Source: Chiloscyllium plagiosum
Taxonomy: Eukaryota
Length of the DNA: 64,000 bases
Assembly: GCF_004010195.1 (NCBI RefSeq)
Contig: NC_057748.1
Coordinates: 4,509,237 to 4,573,236, forward strand
Direction of reading: 5' to 3'
This document shows positions 43,471-63,910 of this stretch, in pieces; position 1 is the first letter of the stretch; every line of letters begins with the position of its first letter. Both the position numbers and the translations under genes were made by a program. The notes below the pieces were generated by a model that did not search any database, was not told where the DNA came from, and was given only the letters and a program-made list of their open reading frames with translations.

Positions 43471-44480
43471 TTAGTGATTGGAACAGCAGGAGGTCACTCA
43501 GCAGAATCTCAATCAGATCACTGTGAGTTTGTGTCCTTTTAAAAGAAATAGGTTTGAATTAGGAAAGGTTTTCAAGTTTTCTTTTAAAATAAAGTTTGTT
43601 GTGACCAACTGAAAGAGGGGCTCAATGAAGAAGGGGAGTCACCTTCTCAGCCTTTTGTGTTGGAAATGGGAGATTGGCGCTAGGACAAGGCAATTGTAAC
43701 AGGAGCAGATGGGGCAGAGACTGGAACGCTGTTCTCAATGGTGGGGAATCCAGAATCAGGGGGGCCACAATCTCGTGACACGGGGTAAACTGTTTAGGAC
43801 TGAGATGAGGAGAAAGGTCTTCACTCTGACTGTGGGGAGCCTTTGGGATTCTTTGCCACAGAAAACATCGAGACTAAAACATTGAATGTTTTCAAGAAGG
43901 AGTTCGGTACAGCTCTTAGGGCTAAAGGGATCAAAGTTTATGAGGATGGAGTGGGAGATGGTACTGAGTTAGATGATCAGCTTCAATCACATGGAATGGT
44001 GGAGCAGCCCTGAAGGGCTGAATGGCCGACTCCCATTCCTTTTTTTTCTCTCTCATTCTATGTTTTAATAACCTGTTTAGTAAGAGTCTTGTGGCACAGG
44101 GGTAGTGTCCCTTTGTCTGGGCCAGGAGGTCTCTGTACAAGACCCTACCTGCTCCAGAGGTGTCTGATAACATCTCTGGACAGGTTCATNNNNNNNNNNN
44201 NNNNNNNNNNNNNNNNNNNNNNNNNNNNNNNNNNNNNNNNNNNNNNNNNNNNNNNNNNNNNNNNNNNNNNNNNNNNNNNNNNNNNNNNNNNNNNNNNNNN
44301 NNNNNNNNNNNNNNNNNNNNNNNNNNNNNNNNNNNNNNNNNNNNNNNNNNNNNNNNNNNNNNNNNNNNNNNNNNNNNNNNNNNNNNNNNNNNNNNNNNNN
44401 NNNNNNNNNNNNNNNNNNNNNNNNNNNNNNNNNNNNNNNNNNNNNNNNNNNNNNNNNNNNNNNNNNNNNNNNNNNNNNNN

Positions 44481-45550
44481 TTCCACCACCGGGAAGATAG
44501 GAAAACACCCGGGTGGCCAGTGATAAACACTGTCCTTCACATCAAAGGGCAGTGCTGTGTGATCAAAACAGTGAAGGGGTGGGTAGGGACTAAATCAAAA
44601 TAGAGTTGGAGGGAGAAATGATGCACTCCACTCCCTGCGGCGCCCACCTCTCCCTGAACAACTCCAGGGTGTTGGTCGACGCCGCGTGCTCCTTCTCCAA
44701 GGACACCCGGGCTCTAACGTAACCGCGGAAGAGGGGCAGGCAAGTTCCCTGTTCCTTTTTTTTCTCACAGTGAAAGACACAAAGTGCATGAATCTTTATT
44801 CAAATTCCACCACCAGGAAGATTGGAAAACACCCGGGTGGCCAGTGACAAACACTGCCCTTTACATCAAAGGGCAGTGCTGTGTGATCAAAACAGTGAAG
44901 GGGAGGGTAGGGACTAGATCAAAATAGAGTTGGAGGGAGAAATGATGCACTCCACTCCCTGCGGCGCCCACCTTTCCCTGAACAACTCCAGGGTGTTGGT
45001 GGACACCGCGTGCTCCTTCTCCAAGGACAACCGGGCTCTAACGTAACCATGGAAGAGGGGCAGGCAGTCGGCCCTAACGACCCCCTCCATGGCCCGCTGC
45101 CTGGACCTGTTGATGGCCAGTTTGGCCAGGCCCAGGAGCAGGCCCACGAGGAGGTCTTCAGACCTGCCCTCCTTCCTCCGTACCGGGTGCCCAAAGATCA
45201 GGAGCGTGGGACTGAAGTGCAGCCAAAAACAGAGGAGAAGGTTTTTAAGAAAATCAAAAAGGGAGTGCAAACGCCCACACCCAATATATACATGGTCTAC
45301 GGACTCCACACCGCCACAGAACAAGCAGTTGGGCTGGAGGCCATGAACCACCGCAATCTGCGGTTGCAGGGGACTGCTGCGTGCAGCACCCTCCACCCCA
45401 GATCCCCGAGAGAAAGGGGGAGGACTCCCACGTAGAGAGCCCTCCACTGGGTTCCCCACCGTCCGGTGGCAAATGGGCACGCCAAGGCGTGTCCAGATGT
45501 GGATGAGGGAGAAGAGGTGGACGGTGTGCAGCAGCAGTCTGTACAGGGCA
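44481..45550 (-). mobile_element. Two tandem 3' fragments of a Tx1/L1-clade LINE
   Basis: ORF 44914-45480 with a zf-RVT-like motif CLFCGGVESVDHVYIGC and LGLAKLAINRSR...FRERW; AATAAA and an A tail near 44755-44800; second partial copy 44481-44745. Confidence 0.85.
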
Positions 45551-47715
45551 CTCCTTTTTACATCTTTGAAAGAAACAAAATTAAAATGCTAGGTCAGTAT
45601 TTATTGCCCATCCTTAATTACCCTTGTCAAGGTGGTGATTTATCTTTTGAATTGCTGCTGTTGTCCATTTGGTAGAGGTAGACCCATAATCGTGTTAGGT
45701 AGGGAATCCAGGATTTTGACTCAGCAACAGGGGAAGAACAGCGATATATTTCCTGAGTCAAAATGGTGAGTGGCTCAGAGACAAACGTGCAAGGGTGGAG
45801 GTGCCATGTATCTTTGCCCTCTTCCTTCTAGATGGGAGTGGTCATGGGTTTGGAACATGTTGGCAAATTCCTACAGCATTTGGTCACTGGTACACCTTGC
45901 AGTTGTTAAGTGTCAGTGGGTGGAAGGAATGAATGTTGGTGGCTATTGTGCCAATGAAGTGGGCTGCTTTGAACTGGAGGGTGTCAAGATCCTGAAGTGT
46001 TGTTTGTGCACTCCCCATTATAAAGACTGACAGCCCCTCTCCCAAGCCAATTTCCCATCAATGATCATGAAATTCCCTGTCAATGAAATCATGAAGGTGG
46101 CTGCTTTGGCTTTTCACAAACTGAAGCTGATAACATCCATCCTCCAAATTAGAACATTCAAGCCCAAATCAAAATGCACACAGGGAACCACCACCCCCTG
46201 AGAACTGATGAACATAACCAAATCCATAGATAGCCTTATCACTTGGAGCATCAGTTCTAATATCAACACAGAGCCTGGTCAAGCCTGCAAAATGGACACT
46301 CTCAGTTTGCACACTGGGAGATTGGAAAAGAACATTTGACCTAGCAGTGCGTGCAAATTTAAAGCACATTATGCATTTTCACTCCCAATAGTGTTGAAGT
46401 GTAAAGCACCGAAGCTTACATTTGTAGCGGACATTTACAGAATACCGTTTTAAATGGGAAACACTGTCTCCCCAGTCCCCAAAGACAAGCACCTGCCCCA
46501 TTTATCTCCGTTCAATCTGAGAAAAATGAACAGCGTATCCATATGATGATTGAGCAGTCATACCGAGTTTTGTAGTGATCCCCTGATTCTATCATGGGCT
46601 GGGAATATGACACACCTGATCAGTACTAGTCACCTGATAGATTTTCCGAGAAATATGTCAATGCCACAGTGATCTACATGTGACTCCACACTCCATGCAG
46701 AGTATAATCGAAGGAGAGCTAATTTCATGTAAATTAAAGGAAAAAAAATTGGAACAAAATCCTGCAAATGCTACTCGGGTCCTATAGCTTTCTTTGCTCC
46801 TCAAGGTTTGTGTGAAGATTTGTATCTCGGGTGCTCGTTGTTGTGGTTCTGTTCGCCGAGCTGGGAATTTGTGTTGCAGACGTTTCGTTCCCTGTCCACG
46901 TAGAGGATAGTTATTAGCCAATTAGATTAGAGACACTGATGCCAATCAAAAGCAGAATCTTCATTCTCCAGCATGGAAAGTGGAGAAGAGAGAAACCATT
47001 TCCAAGCTTGGGAAAGCACCATACAGCAATCAAGTATTGCTTATCCAAGAACAGTCAAATGTAGTGTACCTTCAAGCAAGATATTCAACCTTTATATTGT
47101 TGTAAAAAGGAGTAATTTTAGATGATTTAGCCATCAAACCAAAGTGCTGGAAAACAGGTCTAAACAGTATCTATTGCAAGAACTAGTTAATATTTCAGGT
47201 CTAGCAACTGATATCACACCACAGATACTGCCAAACCCAAAGTTGTCCCAGCAGGTCTTCTTCCTGATTTGCAGCAGCCAGTTTTTTTTTGCTTCAGTTT
47301 TAAAAAGTTGAAAGAATTGCTCAGTACACAAGTTGTGTCAAACATTTAGATTTCAAACTATTGACTAGAGGCTGTTGCATGTTCCAGTGAGCGCAGGCAG
47401 TTAGTGATTCCTTAAAAGCCAAAAAGCTTAAGCTGTTGTGGAATTTCCAATTATGAGAATTGCACACTTAGTCCAAAAAGTCCCTCTACATTGCCAAATA
47501 AAATTGAACAAATTATTGGGACAAGCATTGAAACAAGATTGAGAGAAAAGAATTTAATGATCAGATGTTAAACATTAAAACCCCAAGAACCAAATGAAAC
47601 TAAATAGTTACACAGTTCCATGGTGAACACTATTTTAATTTTGTGCAGAGCACAACCAAAGTCATCCACTAGCATGAAGTCACCATGTCCAACAAATGGA
47701 GTTGTTGAATCCCAC

Positions 47716-49747
<2,032 letters not shown>

Positions 49748-51859
49748 CTTCACTATTCCTGCTCACTATCACCCAGACAACTCCAGACCTGAACCTCTCA
49801 CCCATAAGTTCTTGTATTTATCTCCCAGGGAACATCCAGGGAGAGGTATCACCAATGATGATTGACAATTCCTGACAGCCAATCAGGCATCCCCCATGAA
49901 CATAGGCCCCAATGAGAGAGAGGGGATGTGTTAACCAGAACTGACCAGAGGTGTAGATTAGAGTCAGGTCTGGATGATTATTCTGTGATCGGAACAGTAG
50001 GAGGTCACTCAGCAGCATCTCAATCAGGTCACTGTGAGTTTGTGTCCTTTTGAAAGAAATAGGTTTGAATTAGGAAAGGTTTTCAAGTTTTCTTTTAAAA
50101 TAAAGTTTGTTGTGACAACTGAAAGAGGGGCTCAATGAAGAAGGGGAGTCACCATCTCAGCCTTTTGTGCTGGAAATGGGAGATAGGCGCTAGGACAAGG
50201 CAATTGTAACAGGAGCAGATGGGGCAGAGACTGGAACGCTGTTCTCAATGATGGGGAGTCCAGAATCCGGGGGGTCACAGTCTTGTGACACGGGGTAAAC
50301 TGTTTAGGACTGAGATGAGGAGAAAGGTCTTCACTCAGAGAGTGGGGAGGCTGTGGGATTCTTTGCCTCAGAAAACATTGAGACTAAAACATTGAATGTT
50401 TTTAAGAAGGAGTCAGGTACAGCTCTTAGGGCTAAAGGGATCAAAGTTTATGGGGATGGAGTGGGAGATGGTACTGAGTTAGATGATCAGCTTCAATCAC
50501 ATGGAATGGTGGAGCAGGGCTGAAGGGCTGAATGGCCGACTCCCATTCCTTTTTTTTTCTCTCATTCTATGTTTCAATAACCTGTTTAGTAAGAGTCTTA
50601 TGGCACAGGGGTGGTGTCCCTTTGTCTGGGCCAGGAGGTCTCTGTACAAGACCCAACCTGCTCCAGAGGTGTCTGATAACATCTCTGGACAGGTTCATAA
50701 GGAAACGACCAGAGCTGTTGCAGGCCCTGTCAGGAGGTGGAAACCTCTTGAGGTATCGCTCTGTGTAACTATTTAGTTTCATTGGGTTCTTGGGTTTTTG
50801 CTGTTTAATATCTGATTATTACATCCTTTTCACTCAACCTTGTTTCAATGCTTGTCCCAGTAATTTGTTCTGTTTTATTCGGCTGTGTAGAGGGATTTTT
50901 GGGACTAAGTGAGCAATTCTCATAATTGGAAATTCCACAACGGCTTAAGCTTTTTTCCTTGTAAGGAATACTCACTAACTGAAGACCCTACCTGCTCCAG
51001 AGGTGTCTGATAACATCTCTGGACAGGTTCATAAGAAACAACCAGAGCTGTTGCAGGCCCAATGGACCGAATGGCCTCCTCCTGTGCCATAACAATTCTG
51101 TGATTCTGTGGATGATCTGCATCTGAACAGCGTTTCCCTGCCTCTGTCTCCTGACTGACCTTTCTGTGGATTGGCACCTCGCTGTGATGGAGAGCCTCGA
51201 GTGTCCCGTTGATTCTGAGAGTGATACCTCAAGAGGTTTCCACCTCCTGGCAGGGCCACCCAGGACGGTAAGGTCGGAGGGGAGGATCCCGATAAAGTGC
51301 AATGCAAAACAAGTCCTCAACGGCCATCCATCCAGGCAGAAGGTATTTGTGTGCTATCTGCAGGGGTGGGTAAAGGCTACAGCAGGAGGAAGATCCCCAG
51401 TCAGCATTTCCTTGCCACTTGAGCTGTACCTACCTTCTGTCAAGGACCGTGTCTGTGCTGTGAGCTGTATTTTTGTGTTTGTGCCTGTGTGCGCGCGCAT
51501 CCACTATCCTTCCTGTGAAGCATCCATTCCTAACGTTATCCCAGAATGTTCAGTTCTAATTTGAAGACTATGATTCCATTCCACATCCTCTGTTCTATTT
51601 GACCAATTGTGAAGAAACAGTTCCCCTGTATCTTCTCTGTCAAATCCATTCATCCTCATTAAAATTTCAATTGCACTCTTTCCTTAACCTTGTACCCTGA
51701 GGATTGTGGGCAAACTGTTGATGTCATTTAACCAGCTCTTTATCTCTGAGTTCATTCTGAAATTCTGGGCTGCACCATCTCTGCCTGAACTGAGCACTCC
51801 AGATGTGGTTGAACCAGAATTTGACAATTTTACAAAGAACCTCCATCCAGAAGGATTCA

Positions 51860-52075
51860 AAATAACAAATAGAAAAAGGAAAATTTGCAGCCCAGGAACA
51901 GGCCCTCCAAGCCTGAGCCGATCCAAATCTATTGTCTAAACCTGTTGCCTGGTTCCTAAGCATATGTATTCCTCTGATCCCCACCTAATTGTGCATCTGT
52001 CCAGACGCATCTTAAATGAGTCTACTGTGCCTGCCTCTACCGCCTCTGCTGGCAACGCGTTCCAGACACCCACCA
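51860..52075 (-). mobile_element. CR1 3' end running into the gap (52076-52875)
   Basis: VGVWNALPAEAVEAGTVDSFKMRLDR peptide. Confidence 0.85.
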
Positions 52076-53004
52076 NNNNNNNNNNNNNNNNNNNNNNNNN
52101 NNNNNNNNNNNNNNNNNNNNNNNNNNNNNNNNNNNNNNNNNNNNNNNNNNNNNNNNNNNNNNNNNNNNNNNNNNNNNNNNNNNNNNNNNNNNNNNNNNNN
52201 NNNNNNNNNNNNNNNNNNNNNNNNNNNNNNNNNNNNNNNNNNNNNNNNNNNNNNNNNNNNNNNNNNNNNNNNNNNNNNNNNNNNNNNNNNNNNNNNNNNN
52301 NNNNNNNNNNNNNNNNNNNNNNNNNNNNNNNNNNNNNNNNNNNNNNNNNNNNNNNNNNNNNNNNNNNNNNNNNNNNNNNNNNNNNNNNNNNNNNNNNNNN
52401 NNNNNNNNNNNNNNNNNNNNNNNNNNNNNNNNNNNNNNNNNNNNNNNNNNNNNNNNNNNNNNNNNNNNNNNNNNNNNNNNNNNNNNNNNNNNNNNNNNNN
52501 NNNNNNNNNNNNNNNNNNNNNNNNNNNNNNNNNNNNNNNNNNNNNNNNNNNNNNNNNNNNNNNNNNNNNNNNNNNNNNNNNNNNNNNNNNNNNNNNNNNN
52601 NNNNNNNNNNNNNNNNNNNNNNNNNNNNNNNNNNNNNNNNNNNNNNNNNNNNNNNNNNNNNNNNNNNNNNNNNNNNNNNNNNNNNNNNNNNNNNNNNNNN
52701 NNNNNNNNNNNNNNNNNNNNNNNNNNNNNNNNNNNNNNNNNNNNNNNNNNNNNNNNNNNNNNNNNNNNNNNNNNNNNNNNNNNNNNNNNNNNNNNNNNNN
52801 NNNNNNNNNNNNNNNNNNNNNNNNNNNNNNNNNNNNNNNNNNNNNNNNNNNNNNNNNNNNNNNNNNNNNNNNNNNAACATTGATAAATCTCATGAAAAGC
52901 TGTTTCCCAGTGCCTCTCCTTGGGAAAAGTAATCAGATCTTGCTAATTTTTAATTCGCTCACACAATGAGGGTGCTGGTGGCTGGGTCAGCATTTATTGC
53001 CCAG

Positions 53005-53245
53005 GGCACAGTGACTAGCACTGCTGCCTCACAGCACCAGGATCCCAGGTTCGATTCCAGCCTTGGGTGACTGTCTGCGTGGGTTTCCTCCCACTTTACA
53101 AAAACGTGCAGGCCAGCTGAATTGGCTATGCTAACTTGTCCATAGTTGGGGGCATTAGTCAGAGGAGGGTGGGTTACTCTTCAGAGGGTTGGTGTGGATG
53201 TGTTGGGCCGAAGGGCCTGTTTCTATACTGTAGATCATCTAATCT
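53005..53245 (+). mobile_element. Diverged HE1-type SINE (same site as the 31695 copy)
   Basis: SINE body after cagcatttattgccc. Confidence 0.8.
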
Positions 53246-55408
53246 TAACTACCCTTGTCAAGGTGGTGGTGATGATTTGCTTTCTTGAATTGCTGCTGTT
53301 GTCTATTTGGTGGAGGTAGACCCACAATCCTGTTTGGGAGGGAATCCAGGATTTTGACTCAGTAACAGGGGAAAGAATGGTGACATAGTGCTAAGTGTCA
53401 ACGGTGAGTGGTATGAAGGGGAACTTGCAAGGGGTGGAGTTGCCATGAATTTCTGCCCTTGTCTTTCTAGATGGGAGTGGTCATGGGTTTGGAACATGTT
53501 GTCTGAGGAACTTTGGTGAATTCCTACAGCATTTGGTAGATGGTACACCTTGCAGTTGCTAAGTGGCAGTGAGTGGAAGGAATGAATGTTGGTGGCTATT
53601 GTGCCAATCAAATGGGCTGCTTTGAACTGAAGGGTGTCAAGATCCTGGAGTGGAGTGTTGTTGGCACACTCCCCAGTATCCTGACTTTGACACCCCCTGC
53701 CCAAACCAATTACCCTCCCACATTCAACATCTCTCCCCAGTGATCATGTCAATGACAGCACTAAGGTGTCAGCTTCGGCTTTTCACAAACTGACACTGAT
53801 AATGTCCATCCTCCAAATTAAATGGTCAGCACAACTCAGGATACACGCTGGGAAATACCACTTCTGAACTAGTGAATATAACCAAATCCATAATCGCCTT
53901 GTCACTTGGAGCAGCAGTTCCAATATCACCATTCAGAGCCTGGTCAAGCCTGTAAAATGGACCATCTCAATTTGCTTACTGGGAAGATTGGAAAAGAACA
54001 TTTGACCTCAGTGTATGCAAACTCAAAGCATGTGTACATTTTCAATCCCAAAATTATGGAAGAGGTGGTAAGCAAAGCTGACATTTGTGTTCGATATCAG
54101 CACAAGAATAATGTTTTAGACAGGAAAATATTGTCTTTTCTTCCCCTCCAAAGACAGGCACCTGCCCCATTAATCTCAGTTCAAGCTGAGAAAGATGAAC
54201 AGTACAGCCTTAAGATGGCTGAGCAGTCATTGACCAAGTTACTTTGTGCCCTACTTATTGTGGACTGCGAGCATCCCAAGCAGGAGCAGCATTCATCACC
54301 CATTAGATTTCCCTTGAAATCCGACTCCACACTCACTGCAGCCTATTTATGAGAGAGCTGATTTCATGTAAATTCAGAGGGAAAAAACCACATTTGGAAC
54401 AAATTACTGCAAATGCTACTTGGGTCCTATAGCTTTCTTTGCACCAGCTGCCTTCAGTATTTACTGCTCTAGCAATCCAGCACGGTCACCAAAAAAGAAA
54501 AAGGAATTGTTACAATTGTCCCACGTAGGACAAGGTAGGCTCTGTTGCATTTCCTCATGTAGAGGATAGTTAGTAGCCAAGTAGACTAGAGACACTGATG
54601 CCAAATCAAAAGCAGAATCTTATTCTCCAGCCTGGAACTTGGATAAGAGATAAACCATTTCCCAGCTTGCAAAAACCACCATATAGCAATCAAGTATCAC
54701 TTATCCAAGAACAAAAAGGTAGTGTACCTTTGAGCAAGATATTCAACTTTTATGTTCTTATAGATGATCCACTAAAATCAGAATCTAAGCATTAGAACTA
54801 ATTGCTGGAAAATACTAAAGTCTGACAATAATCAGTTACACAAGTAATTAATATTTCAGGTCCAGTGACTTAACTGACTTCACTCCACAGATGCTGTTAA
54901 ACCCAAAGTTTTCCCAGCTGTGTTTCTTCCTGATTTCCAGCAGCCAATGTTTTTGAAAATTGAAGCAAAGACCTCTAACCATTGCTCAGGAGTACACCAG
55001 TTGTGTCAATCATTCAGACTTCAAACTATTGACTAGAGTCTGTTGCTGCAAACTTGTTCCAGTGAGCACAGGCAGATAGTGAGCACTGCTTACAAGCCAA
55101 AAAACCTTCAATTCCACAACTGCTTTCCAATTATGAGAGTTGCTCACTTATTCCAAAAGTCTCTCCACAGACCAGAATAAAAACACTGAGCAAATTACTG
55201 AGATAATCATTGAAACAAGGTTGAGAGAAAAAGGATTTAAATGATCAGATGTTCAATATCAAAAACCCAAGAACTAAATGAAACTAATAAACTACACAAA
55301 ATACTCAGTTCCATGGTGAACACTATTTTAATTTTGTGCAGAGCACAACCAAAGTCATCCACTAGAATAAAGTCACCATGACCAACAAATGGAGTTCTTG
55401 AATCCCAC

Positions 55409-58249
<2,841 letters not shown>

Positions 58250-60772
58250 CTTCACTATTCCTGCTCACTATCACCAAAACAACTCCAGACCCATACCTCA
58301 CTCCTGCATGCATTTTATTTTATCCTCCAGGGAGAGGTATAACCAATGATGATTGACAATTCCTGACAGCCAATCAGGAATCACCCATGAACATAGGCCC
58401 CCAAAAAGAGAGAGGGAGTGGGTGTGTGAACCAGAGCTGATCAGAGGTGTAGATTAGAGTCAGGTCTGGATGATTATTCTGTGATTGGAACAGCAGGAGG
58501 TCACTCAGCAGCATCTCAATCAGGTCACGGTGAGTTTGTGTCCTTTTGAAAGAAATAGATTTGGATGAGGAAAGGTTTTCAAGTTTTCTTTTAAAATAAA
58601 GTTTGTTGTGACCAACTGCAACTGGGGCTCAATGAAGAAGGGGAGTCAGTTTCTCAGCCTGTTGTGTTGGAAATGGGAGAGAAAGGTGGGCAGTTTTCAA
58701 TGGTGGGGAGTTCAAAGTCGAGGGGGGGGGATGACAGTGTAGTGACACGGGATAAGCTGTTTAGGACTGAGATGAGGAGAAATGTCTTCACCCAGAGAGT
58801 GGGGAGCCTGTGGAATTCTCTGCCACAGAAAACATTGAGACTAAAACATTGAATGTATTCAAGAAGGAGTTAGGTACCGCTCTTAGGGTGAAAGGGATCA
58901 AAATGTTGGATGGAGAATGGGAAGATGGTACTGAGTTAGATGATCAGCCATAATCATATAGAATGGTGGAAGGGTGTACAGCTGACTCCCATTCCTTTTT
59001 TCTCTAATTTTATGTTTCAATAACCTGGGTAGTAAGGGTCTTGTAACACTGGGGTAGTGTGCCTCTGTCTGGGCCAGGAGGTTTGAGTGCCTGACCCTAC
59101 CTGCTCCAGAGATGTCTGATAACATCTCTGGACAGGTTCATGAGAAAACAACCGGGCTGAATGGCCTCCTCCTGTGCCATAACAATTCTGTGATTCTGTG
59201 GTTGATCTGCATCTGAACAGTGTTTCCCTGCCTATGTCTCCTGACTGACCTTTCTGTGGATTGTCACCTCGCTGTGATGGAGAGCCTCGAGTGTCCCGTT
59301 GATTCTGAGAGCAATACCTCAAGAGGTTTCCACCTCCTGGCAGGGCCACCCAGGATGGTAAGGTCAGAGGGGAGGATCCCAGTAAAGTGCAATGGAAATC
59401 AAATCCTCAACGGCCATCCATCCAGGCAGACGATATTTGTCTGCTAACCACGGGGGTGGGTAAAGGCTACAGCAGGAGGGAGATCACAAATCGACATTTC
59501 CTTGCCACTTGAGCTGGCTCTACCTTCTGTGAAGCACCGTGTCTGTGTTGTGAGCTGTATGTTTGTGTGCTTGTGTGTATGTGTGTGCATTCACTATCCT
59601 TCCTGTGAAGAAGCCATTCCGAACATTATCCTGGATAGTTTAGTTCTAATGTGAAGATTCTAATCCCATTCCACATCCTCAGTTCTAGTTGACCCATTGT
59701 GAAGAAACAGTTCCCCTCTATCTACTCTGTCAAATCCATTTATCACCATAAGCATTTCAATTACGCTCATCCCTTAACTTTGTACCCTGAGGAATGTGAG
59801 CAAACTGTTGATATCATTTAACCAGATCTTTATCTCTGAGTTCATTCAGAAAGTCTAGGTTGCACCATTAATGCCTGAACTGAGCACTCCAGATGTGGTT
59901 GAACCAGAATTTGACACTTTTACAAAGAACCTCCATCCATAGGGATTTGAACCTCTTTCACAGCAGGACTAATATTAAATTAGTTCCTTTATTTTGTGTT
60001 TTTATGTCAGTTCACTGCATTTCGATCCAATTGTCTGAATAATTTCATTTTGATCATTAGTTTTGATGACAAGCAGATGTCACCTTTTATAAAACACTGA
60101 ATTGTCTTTCTTGGTCAGACGTGGATCACTTTCCACTTCCCCTCAGTGTCCTGTATCTGCCAGTCTTGCCCATTCCATTAAACTTTGCAACATTCTGCTC
60201 TCAAGGAAATGTGCCAACTGCTGTCGAGTCATCATTTTATTGATGGCCCTTCATTGATAGCACTTACCAATCTCATGAAACGTTATGGCTCCCAGTGCCT
60301 CTCCTTGGGGAAAATAATCAGATCTTGCTATTTTTAATTCACTCCCTGGCTGAGGGTGCTGTTGGCTAGGCCAGCGTTTATTGCCCATTCTTAATTATCC
60401 TTGTCAAGGTGGTGGTGATTTATTTTTTGAATTGCTGCTGTTGGCCATGGGGTAGAGGTGGACCCACAATCGTGTTAGGTAGGGAATCCAGGATTTTGAC
60501 TCAGCACCAGAGGAAGAACAGCGATATATTTCCCAAGTCAAAAAAGGTGAGTGGCTCAGAGACAAACGTGCAAGGGTGGAGGTGCCATGTATCTTTGCCC
60601 TCTTCCTTCTAGATGGGAGTGGTCATGGGTTTGGAACATGTTGGCAAATTCCTACAGCATTTGGTCACTGGTACACCTTGCAGTTGTTAAGTGTCAGTGG
60701 GTGGAAGGAATGAATGTTGGTGGCTATTGTGCCAATGAAGTGGGGTGCTTTGAACTGGAGGGTGTCAAGATT

Positions 60773-61005
60773 CTGAAGTGTTGTTTGTACACTCCCCATT
60801 ATAAAGACTGACAGCCCCTCTCCTAGGCCAATTCCCCATCAATGATCATGAAATTCCCTATCAATGATCATGAAATTCCCTGTCAATGAAATCACTAAGG
60901 TGCTGAAGTGTTGTTTGTACACTCCCCATTATAAAGACTGACAGCCCCTCTCCTAGGCCAATTCCCCATCAATGATCATGAAATTCCCTGTCAATGAAAT
61001 CATTA
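60773..61005. repeat. Local 130-bp tandem duplication with an internal 21-bp duplication
   Basis: ctgaagtgttgtttgtacactcccc... at 60773 and 60903. Confidence 0.85.
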
Positions 61006-62632
61006 AGGTTGCTGCTTTGGCTTTTCACAAACTGAAGCTGATAACATCCATCCTCCAAATTAAAACATTCAAGCACAAAATCAAAATGCACACAGGGAAC
61101 CACCACCCCCTGAGAACTGATGAACATAACCAAATCCATAGATAGCCTTATCACTTGGAGCATCTGTTCTTATATCAATCATCACTCAGAGCCTGGTCAA
61201 GCCTGCAAAATGGACACACTCAGATTGGAAAAGAACATTTGACTTAAATTTGCACGCACTGCTAAAGCACATTACATTTCAATACTATTGGGATAGAAAA
61301 TGCATAAAGCACCAAAGTTACATTTGTAGCAGACATTTACAGAATACCATCTTAAATGGGAAACACTGTCTCCCCAGCCCCCAAAGACAAGCACCTGTCC
61401 CATTTATCTCCATTGAATCTGAGAAAAATGAACAGCATAGCCATATGCTGATTGTGCAGTCATTTAGTGACCCCCTGATTCTATCATGGGCTGTGAATAT
61501 GACACCTGATCAGTACTACTCACCTGTTAGATTTTCTGAGAAATATGTCAATGCCACCATGACCTACATGTGACTCCACACTCCATGCAGAGTGCAATCG
61601 AAGGAGAGCTGATTTCATCGAAGTTAAAAGGAAAGAAAATTGGGACAAAATCCTGCAAATGCTACTCTGGTCCTATAGCTGCCTTCAGTATTTGACACCC
61701 CTGGATTGCAAGAGCAGTAAAAAGGGAATTGCTATATAAGTCCCACATGGGTTAAGGTAGGCACTGTTGCATTTCCTCACAGGATAGTTATTAGCCAATT
61801 AGAATAGAGATACTGATGCCAATTAAAAGCAGAATCTTCATTCTCCAGCATGGAACATGGAGAAGAGAAACCATTTCCCAGCTTGAGAAACCACCATATA
61901 GCAATCAAGTATAGCTTATCCAAGAACACAGTGCAAGGTAGTGTACCTCCAAGCAAGATATTCAACCTTTATATTCTTGCAAAAGGAGTAATTTGAGATG
62001 ATTGGCTAAATCAGAATCTAAACATCTAACCAAATTGATGGAAAATAGTATCTATTGCAAGAAAATTAATATTTCAGGTCTAGCAACTGTTCTCAACTGA
62101 TTTCACACCACACCTACTGCCAAACCCACATTTTCCCAGCAGGTAGTCTTCCTGATTTGCAGCAGCCGTTTTTGGCTTCAGTTTTAAAAAAGTTGAAAGA
62201 ATTGCTCAGAGTATAGCAGTTGTGTCAAACATCTAGACTGGGATTAGATTTCAAACTATTGACTAGAGGCTGTTGCTGTAAACCTGTTCCAGTGAGCACA
62301 GGCAGTTAGTGAGTGTTCCTTACAAGGAAAAAAGCTTAAGCTGTTGTGGAATTTCCAATTATGAGAATTGCTCATTTAGTCCAAAAAATCCCTCTACGCA
62401 GCCGAATAAAACAGAACAGATTATTGGGACAAGCATTGAAACAAGGTTGAGTGAAAAGGATTTAATGATCAGATGTAAAACATCAAAATCTCAAGAACAC
62501 AATGAAACTAAGTAGTTACACAAAATACCCAGTTCCATGGTGAACACTATTTTAATTTTGTGCAGAGCACAACCAAAGTCATCCACAAGAATGAAGTCAC
62601 CATCTCCAACAAATGGAGTTCTTGAATCCCAC

Positions 62633-63910
<1,278 letters not shown>

